Assembly: GCF_024521635.1 (NCBI RefSeq)
Contig: NW_026250414.1
Span: 620,001 to 684,000 of the forward strand
Direction of reading: 5' to 3'
Length of the DNA stretch: 64,000 nucleotides
From: Tricharina praecox
Taxonomy: Eukaryota
Below, in pieces: positions 1-13,694 of the stretch; position 1 is the first letter of the stretch, and each line of letters starts with the position of its first letter. The position numbers and the translations under genes are program-made. Under the pieces are notes generated by a model. The model worked only from the letters and a program-made list of their open reading frames with translations. It had not been told where the DNA came from and ran no database searches.

Positions 1-1833
1 CTACCTACATAGAAAACAGTATTAACTACGTCGGAACAGAGTCTTTGATCCTGGATGGAGCAAGCATAGGGCCGAAACAGTAACTGATGGTTGTGGGGAG
101 CTTCAAACGGTTCGACTTTTGAACTCCCTACGGTATCATATTGTGACGATCCCAACCCCGTTATGTACTCTACGTACATGCCTAGGCTAACTTCCTTCTC
201 CGGGTCCAGATTCGATTCGACTCCGCGTCGATCGCCAAACCGCCCTTGGCGACAAGCCACACGGCCGTTAACGTCGACTAGGGCTGGGTATTTGACGTGC
301 GGTTAATTCGTCTGGCAGTATCTACTGAGTGGAGTACGGTAACTGCTCAGCAGGAACCAACGGTCTCGGCTAAACTCCAGATACATAAATGATGATAGTA
401 TTCTGGTAGATATTCAAAACCACGTGGCCTAATCGAATATCCGACGCATGTGCTTATCCCCAATCACAATATGGAGAGAAGGAGCCGGAGGATCGTAGAT
501 AAATATCCAAGTACTTCTACCGTTATTGAAACCTTCAGAATCAATATCAAACATGAGGGATGCGGGACGACGCGAGCGATGGATCCCCCTCCGCTTATTT
601 AGCACGATGTCGATTGAAGTGGGGAAGCCGGGGCTAACTAAGGTACGTAGTGGTAGAGAACTACCGTAGCGGAGACTTTGAAACCAAAGAGTCTTACCTT
701 TAGCACTGGATATGCCCGCTTGAGCTTGGCGATCCATGGTCTGCTCGCAATCAAAGGAACTCCGTAGATGGAATTTTGTAGCAGCAACCTGTAAGAAGTT
801 TATGTTGCCCCCCCACCACCTCCCGAATCTCGATGTTGGCCAGTGGGGAGGAGGAGGGGGGCCAACTACTGGAGTTTATGTAGTATGTAGGCCCTGGGTT
901 TCATCGAGGTAAGTCGTAGCCTTGTTGTGGCAGGTGTATGGTACATAGGCTCTCGGCTGTTCTCGTGGGGGATAGTTAATAGTTAGTCCCGGTGTTCCCG
1001 GAGCAGCAGCACGAGGAAACTTGGAAGCGAGCCCCGTCGAGTCGTCAACTGCTGGCCCGACCCCTCAAAGCCGCTCCACGAGCGATCCGGAGGTGGAAGG
1101 TGCGTGCCGAGGCACGGCGATCTGTAAGCCCGGCAAATGGGAGTCGAGCGGCTTGCGTAAGCTGAGTGTGGGATTGTATTACTATGGATACTCGCATCTC
1201 GAGCAGATCTGTAGCCTCCGACGATCGAAAATTCAGCTAGATGATTCGAACTCGCTGATTCGGACCGTGTTTGTGGTATAGGAGGCTGGTATGCATAAGA
1301 GGAAACGCTACTCTGATCCGTAAACTTGAACAGCCGAATGAGCGTGGCGGATTTCGGCCCCACAATATGGCTACATGAGTACTATAGCTAATCGGCCTAT
1401 ACATTTTAACGGTACTTTACTCTACCGAGGGACGCCGAGTGCCTGCTGCAACTATATAAAACATGGTGAGGCCAACCGCTGTGGCTCCTTGTCCAAGCAA
1501 TAATGTCGGCTAGTATCATCCATAGTACATGGATGATGTGGGGTAGGCATCCATACTTGAGTACTATAGTAGCAGCTAGTTTGACACACCCAAAGATGCA
1601 GTTGTTTGCCCGACGGTTTCTGGGCGATAACCTGTAGTACTTATACCAGGTACCTGGGGCCCATGCCCCGTCCCACATGTGTTGCCGACATTTACGGCTT
1701 ACATGCAGCACATACATACATGACGACTTCAACTCTTCGGAAATCAACCTCGCCTACCAATGCTGCTACTTGTATAGTACTACCTCGATTACTCTACCGG
1801 CATCACACTCGATAACGTCGGGTTCGAACACAC

Positions 1834-3355
1834 ATGGGCGTCCTGCCTCGGGCGGGAGACGGAGGTAGTGGGGAGGACTGGAAGCCGGCGAATGCCCTCG
1901 CAGCGGCTATTGCGATAGCGAAAGGTCGGGCCGCCGGACTCAACGCGTATCCGAAGCAGGGCTTCATACCGCCCAATTTTGTCAAGGGCTATGTGGCAGA
2001 ATCTCGAGGGGATCAGATCGTGGTGCTTTGTTTCGTCACCATGAGTTTGTGCTTTGTGGTGGCTTGCACGAGAGTCGTCACACGGAGGATCGTGACTGGA
2101 CGGCTTCACATGGACGACTGGATGATTATTCCTGCTACGGTTCGTGCAGCCCCCGCCTCCGCCTCTGTTTGTTCCGAAAGTTCGAACCCGCTGATGCCGA
2201 GTCTTTTTTTTAGATTTTTGCGGGGATTCTCTCGGCACTGAGTATCTACTCCGTGTGGTATGGCGCTCTAGGACAGCACCGGTGGGATATCAAGTCGATC
2301 GACCAGGCTGCGATGAGTGTCAGGGTGCGCTATGGCAATGCATAAGCCCCCTCCAGTAAAAGATTCGAACTGACGATGGCATATGTACATAGTTAACGGT
2401 CCCACCTCTTCTTTGCTATATGATCTCGGTTTTCTTTACCAAACTCTCGGTGTTGTGCTTCGTCCGGCGACTAGCTGGCATCTCGTGTTCTGTCGGCCTC
2501 AAACGGGTGCTCAACGCCTTCATCGTTTTCCATATAGCTTTCACAATTGCCCTAAGCTTCGTCACAGTCTTCCAGTGTCTTCCCCTCAGGGTTAACTTTG
2601 ACCTCATGTGGCGTTTTCACCCCGATGCTCGTTGTAAAAACTACTTTGTATGTACATATCCATCTCGAGAATAATGACTGCAATTACTGACGGTCCGTGT
2701 CAGAGTTACTACTACATAGCGGGATCGATTCATGCCGCCTCCGATTTAGCCGTCATGGCGTTGCCGATATACATGGTGATGGGACTACGGATGGGCTGGC
2801 AGCAAAAGGCGGCAACGATCTTCATGTTCATTATCGGGGGGCTGGCATGCATCTTCTCAATAATCCGGATGACATATGCACCCATATTTGCGTACTCATA
2901 CGATCTCTCCTGTACCTCTCCCCGCCTCCCCTCGACGGTAGTAAATCCGAACTCACAATGCACGCAACCCAGGGGACTCCTTCTACGCCGTAATCTACGG
3001 CCAGCTTGAAGCCACCTTGGCGATCATTGCGTGCTCACTACCCGCACTACGCACCTTCTTTGGCCGCGTCCTCCCCGACCTCCTCCTGGCACCCCGAGAC
3101 GACTCCGGCAATCACTCGCGACTAACTAAACTGCGGCGTTGGGCGCGACATCAACCTCCGCTGCCGGTGACGACGGCAACTACCAACTCCTACGCCTCGG
3201 ATTGCAATTACAATAGTGCCGCGGAACTGGTTGAGATGGAGGAGCCGGAGAAGGGGCAGGCGACGGTGGAGATCGCGCGCGAGATGAGAGCAAAGGATTC
3301 GGTGCTTTGCGCGGTGCGTCCGGGTCAGTCCGTGCACTTGCGGATTGATCGGTGA
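1834..3355 (+). CDS. Pth11-like (fungal rhodopsin-domain) integral membrane protein, multi-exon
   Basis: Spliced model (e.g. intron 2140-2213 GTTCGT..TAG) joins LHMDDWMIIPAT|IFAGIL..GALGQHRWDI, FTKLSVLCFVRRL, FQCLPL, SDLAVMALP, QLEATLAIIACSLPALR. These are typical Pth11-family motifs. Confidence 0.9.
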
Positions 3356-5102
3356 AGACCTGGGGTGGACAGGTATGATACATGTGACATGTCTGGGTCC
3401 GCTTCTTTTTTGGGGGATTCTTCGGGCGGCGCGGCCGGCCCGGCCCAGTTTTATGTTTTCATGATTTTGGATAGGCGTTGTGGAGTACCGGTACGTATCG
3501 GACGAGACATTTCCGTCGGTTCATGGGTTCTTCAAGTTGTTTGGGCGTCTATTTCGCATGGCTTCGTCGGAGGAGTGCGAATTCGAAATACGATCATGAA
3601 TAATGAAATGAAACCTGGTTCTTCTGCTCAAGGGCAGAGTGAGAGGCGCGCGTGCAGCAGCAACACACATTGCCGTAAGGCTTTCTTCAGAGGAGGTCCG
3701 CGAGGCATTCAGCATTGAGGGCGGAGCGGGGCTGGAAAGAGGGCGGGGCGAAATGGCAGGCGGAGACATATGTAGTTCCCGGAGGCGCACACTTTCCTAC
3801 GTGTGCAAGAGATAGCAAGCACCGGGGAAGATACACAGCAAACGGGAAAGGAAAATAAAAGCTCGAATTAAGTGCAAATTCCGTAGCCGGCCGAGTCGGC
3901 CTACAGTGTCCTAGTCCCCTCGTGCAGGCCCCTTGTGGCCGGCCGGCAACCCCTCATATACATAGCCGATCCATGGTGGACTAGAAGGCGATAAGGCAAG
4001 CGCCCTGTCTGCGATCTCCGACTTGCTCTTGCCATCGCCCTACATACCCCCTTAAGTTTCTACTCGAATGCCAAGCACCGAGTGATAAGTTAGGTAGCAA
4101 ATGGCATCAATGGCGCACGAGATTTCTGGCAGCGAGTGACTGGACATGATGTAAACTGCCCATTTCTCGGTTATAAACCCGTCTGTTACAACTTGCCAGC
4201 TCTCTCCATATAGAAAGATCAACTAACTTCCGCTCTCCTCGCAATAGAGTAGCGGGGGAGAGGGGTTCCCGGCGCCGCGTGCGCCACTCAGGTCGCAGTA
4301 TCAGCCTGTCAGCCTGTCAGACCCATAACTATCGGGTGTGGCCAGTGCAGCCACATCAACGTTCATGCAATCTGCAGGTTGCTGTCCTGGCAATCAGAGC
4401 CGCTAGTTACATAACTCCTCGATAGTCTGCGTGTCAGCGTGGGTCTCCAACAGTGTCACTAAAAGTCTGTTTTGTTTCTTCATGTTGCGTGAGACCTAGT
4501 GAAGGGCGCAAAGGAAGAGGCGCCTTGGCGTCATCGGTGAGCACCGGAGAGAGGAGACCTCATTGAGACCTGGTGGGACCCGATGCAGACCCGATGCGGT
4601 CGTTGAACGTTGAATTGTTTCTGTTGTCACTATTTCTGTTCTTCCTGTCCGTTGTTCAGTCTCGGCTTTACATCGTTATCATCCACCGAGAATTCTAGTT
4701 CAATTGATCACGTTTTGTTCCTCACCCGTTTTTGGGTCTCTCAGAGGTAGGTATCGAAGCATCTTCTGAGGCAACTATCGATTGGAATTTGGAATCTTAT
4801 TCCAAAATTACATTCCGAGTGATATCTACCTACATAAGCCATACCTATGCTAGTAGCCAGCGGACGAGAAACAAGGGTGAATCGCGATGGAACGATCGAG
4901 TGTTGACGTCACCACACCACACCATCGCGATTCGAGATGCCCAGTGCGCAACACGCTACAACACCAAGCCCATCGTAGAGAACGGCACTCCAGACAGCGC
5001 GCGAGTACCCACCCGAGAAAGAGTCCAGATCATTGCGAAGCGGGTTCGAGGGGATTCAATCTTCCAGATATGTAGGTAGGTGGCGATGAATGGGATGAAG
5101 CC

Positions 5103-5201
5103 CTGACTATCAACTTAGGCGAGCCTTTTGGGGACGCGCTGATTATCAGCTTAGGCGAGCTCGGAGGGCTCAGTGAGCCCTGATTATCACCTCAGGCGAG
5201 C
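5103..5201. repeat. three 22-bp imperfect direct repeats CTGAYTATCANCTYAGGCGAGC with unique 14- and 19-bp spacers
   Basis: Copies at 5103-5124, 5139-5160 and 5180-5201, read directly. Confidence 0.8.
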
Positions 5202-6832
5202 TCAGGCGAGTCTTCGGAGGAAGCCGTGGGCTAGGGAGTATCTACGGCACCGGTGTCGGACGAAGCCAGTCGAGTGGTACGTAGAGGAAACGCGCACACA
5301 CCGACGACGTCAAACTCCAGACTGTCAAACTCTAGACTGGCAGAGAATCTCAACACCCGACAGTCCAACAGAACTCCTCACGGCCTTCACAAATACAGTC
5401 TCGCTCCCACCTTTATCAAGAAGCCCATCACCATCCAGTTCTTTGCTAGATTCTCAGCCCACGGCCATACAAAGCTACTTGGTTCCCATACAACAGCGAC
5501 GGGAAAGAAGAAGTTAGAACGAGAGTCCAGGAACAACAAGCTTGCCCTCAATCCAACACGGTACACGAATGAAATCCTCACCTCACGTGTTCTACCTTTC
5601 TGTGAGATGATGGGAGGTGCCTGCAGTGAGGGGAAGTGATTCGGGTTGCGTGGTAGTAGGGCAGCCATGGAGGCGGATATCCGATAGAGTATACAAGTGG
5701 ATCGATGCGATGCCGAACCGAGTACCTAGCGACATTGCATCGTAGGAACGTGGGCGCAATCGCTGGTATTATATCTGAAGCATGTAGTCTCCCACTCTGT
5801 AACATATCTTGTCTCTCCACCTACTCCGTGTCAAGTCTCGACTTATCGGCCAGGGAGTGCTGCGGGGCGGGCGCCAAGACTCGGGCGTTCCGCCATCCAT
5901 GCTAACTAAGCATCTTGTCACGGTTGCCAAGACGGCACCGATGGAATTGGGCCAGGAAGGCAGCTAGCGCCGTCACGTGCACCGAGCCGAAGGGCTTGGC
6001 GCCACGAGCGTCTAGAAGAAGGAACCTCTTAGCGTAAATAGAACATCACCATCGATTTACCCATCAACGTCATAACTGATTTCTCTCAACCGCGTACCGC
6101 GCCCCTCAAAACCTCCTATTCTGTGCAGTAAGCCAGTCCTCTCTCAATATTCTCCCAGTCTACGAGCTAAACCGAAGCCCTGGCCGTCAATGGTTCACCT
6201 CGGCCGGGGATGTCGAACGGTTTCCCATTCCTCACCGGAGCCCCACGCGGCAACCCCTGACAGCGCTGGCCGTAGGGTTCTTCAAACTTCTGCTTCTGCT
6301 CCCCCCGTCGACTGGTACCGGTATGTGTGATAGGAACGGTAGGGTTCCATCTCTGACTGCGGGGGCCGGGGATCCTGGGAGTTCTGTGCGTACATGGACT
6401 ACCTACACCGATCTACCTAACTACTTGAGCTCGGGCTTGCCGACCGTCGAGCGCGGGCCCCAGCTACGAATAGGATCGATGCCGAGTCCCGGAGCGCCTT
6501 GGGCTGCCTACCTGGGTGCAGCTTCCATGGTTCCACCTGTCAGGGGAATAATCTACATATCACAGCTGGACAGCTGCGTGGGGAAAGGATGTGGGACCAG
6601 TGATGGCCGATGATCCGTTGACTTGAAACGGTCCTGTTCCCGCCTTTCCCCCGCCCGTTTCGTGTTCAGGGCGCGATAGGGACTCAGGAGAGACCGAGCC
6701 CAAAGCGTGCGGATTATTATGCAATAAATTATTATCGACCGTAAACGATTTGACGTGTGAAGCGCCAGCACTGATATGATGTATGTACAATTCCCCTCCG
6801 GATTCTACCCCCCCTAGTTCGGAGTTCCCTCG

Positions 6833-8259
6833 TTACCACCGGTTATCGGCACCAGCAGCGTGCGAGCCCGCGACGGCCGCGCCATTGGTGACGATGCGCT
6901 CCTGACTATTGCTGACGGTCTTGTCCTCCATGACTGTGAGGTCCAGATCGCCGTAGGGGCTCTTCGGCATTCGTCCGAGCTTCATGTCGTTGGCGCGAGA
7001 GCCGGCGCCGTTGCGCATGGCGCTGCCGTCGCCGTTGCCGCTGATCCGACCTGAGTATCCCTTGGTCGAGTGGTCGCCGGTCCACGACGCGAAGAGGACG
7101 CGGAAGCCCGGGAGAAGCCGCAGCGACGGCAGCGAGCCGGTTATGAGCCCCACGTGGAACTCGACGTTCATCATCAGCAGTGCCCGCGCTGAAGTGTACG
7201 TGAAGTCGCTGGTGTCTTTGGTGCTGGCTACGGCGGTTGAGAGTCGGATGATTGAGACGATCGTGGCGAGCATTCCTATGTAGGTTCGTCATTAGATTTG
7301 TGCACTCGTGGAGAGGTTGTGGAGAGGGGTGAGATATACCCAAACCGAACATTATCATCAGCTGCAACCGCTTCCTCGTCGGCAGTTTCAATTTCCACAG
7401 GTCCCACATGGGCAAGAGCAATATGACCACATCGCTTAGACTCATGACGATCCCCTGAAACACGACGATGTTGTAGAGCACATCGATGCTCCAGCAATTT
7501 GCGTCGACGATACTTTTGTCCCAGCCGGCCTGCACGGGGTTGCAGGAGAAAGTCGTGGCGAATTCGGTGCCGACGGTGAACACGCACAAGAATATAATGA
7601 TGCACTTGGCGCACTTGTGCAGCATCGCGCCGGGGAACACGCGCATCAGGAACACTAGAAGACTGGTCTTCACGGCGAGCGCCACGTACACGTACGAGCA
7701 GATGGCGGCGTAGTAGATCTGTACATGGGACTGGCGTTGAGCGAATTCTCAAGTATAGCGGGGGAGGGGGGATTTCCACGGGCACTTACCTTGAAATACA
7801 CTACGAGGTCCTCCGGTGGTACGTTCCACAGGTGCACACCGACGCCAACGTGAGAGATGCAGAGTCCAAGCACGGCGAAGCCTACACAGAGAATCTTTTA
7901 CCTATCAGTCAGCTTACGTTCTTTCGCTGGGCAGAGTGATCCGGAGGGCACTTACGAGAGCGACGATCACCATAACATCATCGATTCCGAAGCTTTTGAC
8001 GATAAAGTACCGGACATATAGCTTAAGGGTGTCAGCACCGCCATCCACTCGCTCGCAGCCGAAAAACCGACTGCACAACATGGGAACATACCCGCGCGCC
8101 GCAGACAGTCGTGGACAAGACCAACAGAACAGCGAGCACCGAACGGGTGAGCACAATCATATCATCTTTCGGGAGGCCATCAGTATCCGTGATGTTGCTT
8201 GCCGTCTGCTGCTGCCGTGCCTCCAACCGGTATCCTGAATAGTCTGGCGATATGTACAT
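6833..8259 (-). CDS. Pth11-like (fungal rhodopsin-domain) integral membrane protein, multi-exon
   Basis: Exons give FGIDDVMVIVAL, GVGVHLWNV, VKTSLLVFLMRVF, FSCNPVQAGWD, SDVVILLLP, VEFHVGLITGSLPSLR; GT-AG introns. Confidence 0.9.
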
Positions 8260-10145
8260 TTCGACGGCTTCTCTTCGTTATTGCATGCGCTGTGGCAGGA
8301 ACAGGTCCAGAAAGAACCGGTGGTTGTCGGAAGCTGAAAGACCCCCGTGGGATGTGATGGATGGCCCTAATTCGTTGGCTGTCGGTCGGATGTCTCCGCG
8401 GGTTGAGTGAGTGTGTTTGGGTTATGTATGTACTGGTGGATGGGTGGGTGGATTGGATGTAGGAGAACACTTTGCTTGAATAATGTCTATTACATACGTC
8501 GGGGGGGGGGGGGGGGTGGGGGGCAGGCTTGGGGAATGCGCAGTATTAAGGTAGATGAGGTCAATTAACCGGTAAACGAGCCGTCGACAATATGTACTTC
8601 ATCCTGAAGACTAACCCTCGATAGGTCTGGGGACTCGTAGGAGGACCCCCAGGAAGGTGCAAATGCTGCAGATTCCTCAACTCGGCGCGACAGCTTTCGG
8701 TGAGCTAAAGGGCGGCAGGGAATTATTGCATTTACGAACGTAACCCCACGGCACTAAGCAGGGAGGTACGACTCAGTGAGCGGAATCTTGCAAGCGTAAG
8801 GCGAGCGGCCCAACTTACATATGGCAGCAAATATCCGACACCACCCTAGGATTTTAAGGAGGTGCAGGCCTAGTAGGGAGGATGTGAATTCATCAGGGAT
8901 GAAGGCGGAGAAGAAGAAGAAGATTCATCTATGCGAATGCACTATCAGAACCACGCGATACGCAAAAGAGCCTCGTCGCCGTTTAGTTGCTTTTGGCGTC
9001 GTGAATCTGTGGATTTGGCGGGAGCCCAGTAAACGAGGGACGTCGCGAGCCAGTTGACGAACGCCAGATCGGAGCCTGTCAACTGGCATCCACCGATCTC
9101 CGGACGGTAGTATTATGACCTCGAACAGTATAGGGTTTTGCGTCGGAAGACTTTTGCACTTACCAGCCTACCGGGCTGTCATAGATCGCTGCATTCATGA
9201 GGCGGTGTCGCATGAGATTAAACAATGATGGGGAGATGTCAGCTTGGGAGTTGGGACCGAAGGGAGTTATCTGAATAAGGGTGACCTTACCTGGTCGGGC
9301 CGCCCCGGCGCTGTGGCTCCTCACGCGTGGCCAGCGCTAGTACTAGGCACACAAGCTTTTTCTTCCAGGTGGAGTAGAGTAACTGGATATCTTCCGTATG
9401 TATTTGCCATAGAAGTCGTGTAAGAAGTGACTCTAAACAGGCAAGACATAAGACAGCCGATGTATGCACCTCGCACACTTCAAGTCATGGAAGCGGACAC
9501 GGTGACGCCTCCCCTAGTTACCCCCGCCGTCAATTCTCGGTGTCGCCGGTTGAGGTTGTGTATTCTCCACCTGAAGAATACCGCATGTGATTCAATGTGG
9601 AGGAGAGGCAGCAGGGCACTGTTTAGAGTCCACACAACAGCAGCAGAAGCAGCAGCGTCAACAGCGGCAGCTCGCTCTCGTATCGACTACCTAGCAACCT
9701 GGTAAGAACAGTATCGGTTGCGTGGTTCATCACCTCGTATGGCAACTCCGGTACACCGGCAACTGTTGTCTCTGGCGTGGTTGTGAGGTTCCCATCTGCC
9801 GGAGCTAGGATACTGCTTGGGTGTTTATCTGGGAGTCCCGCTATTCTAGACGACCCATCGGAAAATACTCTAGTGAAGGTATGATACCCTTGGTGACTTG
9901 GTCGGTCGGTCATGGCGTCCGCGCATATAGCCTAGGTCTAGAACAGAAGTCCAACAAGGAGACCGCTGGAGGGCCAGCCGTTACATCGTCCCTTTCTGCA
10001 ACATATGCTAGAGACTGTTCGAGAGTCTCGGAATTGCGAGATTCCGACACGTATCCCCAAGTGTAGTTATCCACCTATATCTGACAGTCGGTAAGGTGAC
10101 TTAAAGCTGCGAGCATCCCGCATTCAAACATCTCCGTATTACCAC

Positions 10146-11878
10146 ATGGCGCCCATGACTTCCGAAAACCAACAACCATTCACGGTGCTAATCGCCGGCG
10201 GCTCGATCACCGGCCTCACCCTCGCCCTCCTTTTATCCCGAGCAGGAATCAACTACGTTGTGCTGGAGCGCGGTAGTTCTCTCGCTCCTCAGCTCGGTGC
10301 CTCACTCGGTCTTCATCCACCAGCCCTAAGCATCCTTGATCAATTGGGCTTGTGGGAGAATGATTTAGAGCCTATTGTCGCAGCGCTACATTCTGGTCAG
10401 CATTTCACCAAAGACGGAAAGTTGTTTGGATCCGCTAGGAATCATGAGGTTGTGCATAAGCAGTGAGTGCCGTTTCACCTTCCGCGTATACTCTTTCCCG
10501 GGCATGGGGGCCAAAAGGGTCCGCTAGCGGCGATACCGAATAGAGCTTTCGCATCAATACGCTGCGACCCCCGCTGCAACGGTCCATGAGAGCTGCCAGT
10601 GACTGCATTTACTGACGCGGCAGTGTTCTCAAGACTGGGATATCCAATCGTTTTCATCGAACGCCAGCTCTACCTCGAGACACTATTGAAATACATCCCC
10701 GAGGAGCACAAGCAGACGTGTATTCACACCAATGCCGGTGTTGCCGACGTCAAACAGGACGACAACTCTGTAACGGTAACGACCACCGATGGCCGCACCT
10801 TCCATGGCGATGTCTTGATCGGTGGCGATGGCGTGCACAGCATGGTGCGCGAACTGATGAATCCCGCACTCAAGGAGGGTGTGTTCTTCCTCCCCAATCG
10901 AACCCCCTCGATTTACGGGCCTAACGGGAAGCAGAATATATTTCCGAGTTCAACTGCATTTTCGGCATTTCGAACGTCACTGAGAAGACGCCGATGCAAG
11001 CGGGAATGGTGTACAACGTGTACGACTCCGGAATCTCCAACGTATGTGCGAGCGGCGTCCCGGGCAAGATCTTCTGGTTCCTGTTCAAGAAGAATTCCCT
11101 GACGCATCCGCCGAACGTACCGCGATTCACGGACGCCGACACCGAGAAGATGGTGGAGGAGCACGGCGACATGCCCATGTGCGCCGACTTCACGATAAAG
11201 GATCTGTGGGAGACGCGGGATAAGGCCGTTCTCGTTGCACTGGAGGAGGGAGTGATTAGCCAGTGGATCGACGGACGAGTTCTGCTCATGGGCGATTCTG
11301 CGCATAAGGTAAGCTGATGCTCATGCTCCTACTCAGAAAGCGTGGAGATACTGATGAATCCCCAGGTAACGATCAATGCCGGCTTCGGCGGCAACACCGC
11401 CATCGAATCCACGGTTCTTTTCAGCAACAGCCTCCACAAGCTCCTGCAATCCAGCCCTCACCCCAGTTCTGCAGAGCTCAAGGCGCTATTCAAGGACTTC
11501 GAGTCGGTCCAGCGCCCTCGCGCAAACCAGATCTTGAAGCTTTCAGCCACGGTCACTCGCCTCGAGGCTCAGAACGGATTGATGTACAAGCTCCTGTCGC
11601 GGTATGTCATGCCACGGCTGAGTGATAAGCTCAAAGCCGGTGTGTTCGTGGATGTCGCCGTTTCGTATCCGGATGTTGAGTTTCTCCCCAAGAAGGCCAG
11701 TCCGATGCAGGATCTGAGGGCTGCGATAAGGGAGAAGAAGGAGAAGGCGGTGAGAGGAAGTAGACTGGCGATGCTTGTTAAGACTGCTGTTGCCGTGGGA
11801 ACCCTGGCGTGGCTGGTCCAGTCTAAGCACGGAATCAAGGGGCTGCAGATGGTTCGGACGCTCCTTGCAGAGAAATAG
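10146..11878 (+). CDS. FAD-dependent monooxygenase (aromatic hydroxylase/PaxM-like), 3 introns, hydrophobic C-terminus
   Basis: Dinucleotide-binding VLIAGGSITGLTLA, DG motif DVLIGGDGVHS and GD motif LMGDSAHK|VTINAGFGGN. Intron 1 is 10463-10633. Confidence 0.92.
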
Positions 11879-13279
11879 AGTGGCGCATGTACGTATTCGG
11901 AGCCAGAATAGATTGTATTGAGAATGCAGGGCAATATGTAATAAATTGGGAGGTGTACTACTATATCGGAGGTTCCAGGAAACTGGATGGCGGGCGAGGG
12001 CGCCGAGTGATTACACATGAAAGAGTCTAGAACATATCCGCGATTGCTGTCTCGTACCACATTACATTCTCCTGGTGACTAGAGCTGAAACTCATAGGGT
12101 AATCTTTGTAACCACCCGACACCTGATACGCAGCCCGAAATGGCAGTGTGATGAGAAATACAGCGCATAGAGGAACGAATCCGACCGGTACGTATGAACC
12201 TTAACCGTCCGAGGATGGCTACGCGGGAGTCTCGGCGGTGCGAGTAGCGGGAGCACAAAGCTTTTCTCAGACTCGTACCGGTATGCAATTCGAATTCATC
12301 TTTCCTTACTTACAGAGCTAGCTTTCGATGGCTGAGAATCGCTATATTTCGCCCACACCGAACGAGAGACCCGCTAAGCCATCCACATGAGTAGGATATA
12401 TAGAGAGGATTTTTTTTGCATCTAGGTACAATACAGTAGGCTATTTCATCCTCGATTACAGCTGCACGTGTAGGATCGCACCTGAGCACCGCCGGGGGTG
12501 TCCGCTCGGTTGCAATTCCTCGTCGGGTACGGTGTATCCAAATGGTCGGCAGGAATCGCCGTGCCGAAAACCGGCAGTCTATATAAGAACAATGCAGCCT
12601 TCGGAAACGGATTCCTACTAGGTACATACACCATCAACGCGATACACACTTCGTGTGAATCTGTCCCACCGAGTCACGTTCAAGGCTGATCGATTCTTTT
12701 TCAGTAGAGGGGGTTTGCAGCCGGTTGGGGATCGAGTTGGGGATGCGTTTTGGGGTGTAACAGTGACAACCGGTTAAATTCAGTAACCTTAATAGGTCCC
12801 CAACTCCAAAGGTTGGGGATATATACAGCACCAGTATTGGGGGATCGCTAGCGAGTTAAGGATGTCTTTGTTTGGAATTATGTATATAGGTAGTAAACAT
12901 GCTCTTCTAGGGTATGTACATGAGGAATATATATCTGAGTAATAGCACGGACATGGTGAGGTCTGAGATTTCGTGCTGGTGAATTTTTGGATTCTGTTCA
13001 CCAACTCCAGAAGTTAGAACTGACGATAAGCAACACCAACGGCGGTACGGGTCCTTTGCAGAGGAGCAACCTGATGGCCCTTCTACTTACCGATAATGAA
13101 GACCCCCACAGCACCAACTCGATAGCAGCCTCATCCAGGGCGGGAATCGTCCGTCCAGTCCGTCTTTGAGGTTGCCCGAGACGGGACGGAATTAGTCGGG
13201 CTGAGGAGAACAAGGACTACATACAGTCTTCCGGGCTGGCGAATTGAGGACGGATACCGTGCAGGGCCCGGAATTGACT

Positions 13280-13694
13280 AGGACACTAGCGAGTACAGCG
13301 GCGATCATCATCCAGTATCTCCACCTAGTGAGTCCCCATTATCCAGTTCCGCTCTTCGCTTCACAGAAAATGTGGAAACCAGATTCAGTCTACGGTTTCA
13401 GAAGCCTTTTTCTCCTGCGCTACCTACCTAGGTCCATTTTGCGCATACTCAACTCTCAGCCGTTCCAGATCCAAATGTTCGATCCATGGATCGAACATCT
13501 CGACCTAGAGCAGCGGAAGATCGGAGATGCGCACAAGGGACCCAAGCAGGTAGTATGGGAGAAAAAGGCCGCTGAAACCATGAGGCTGCACTTGGTTTTA
13601 ACATTGTCTATGAAGCGAAGAACGGAACTGGATAATGGGGACTCACTAGGTGGAGATACTGGATGATGATCGCCGCTGTACTCGCTAGTGTCCT
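13280..13694. repeat. ~415-bp spacerless imperfect palindrome (foldback)
   Basis: 13280-13351 is the exact reverse complement of 13623-13694 (72 bp). Imperfect complementarity continues to the centre ATGTTCGATCCA|TGGATCGAACAT at 13486/13487. Confidence 0.95.

Noticed and set aside
5103-5201. CRISPR array
   Set aside because: Eukaryotic context, only three imperfect repeats, spacers too short, and no cas genes.
9623-9913. ORF with F-box-like LPYEV
   Set aside because: Motif too short, no supporting exons, and it lies in the monooxygenase promoter.
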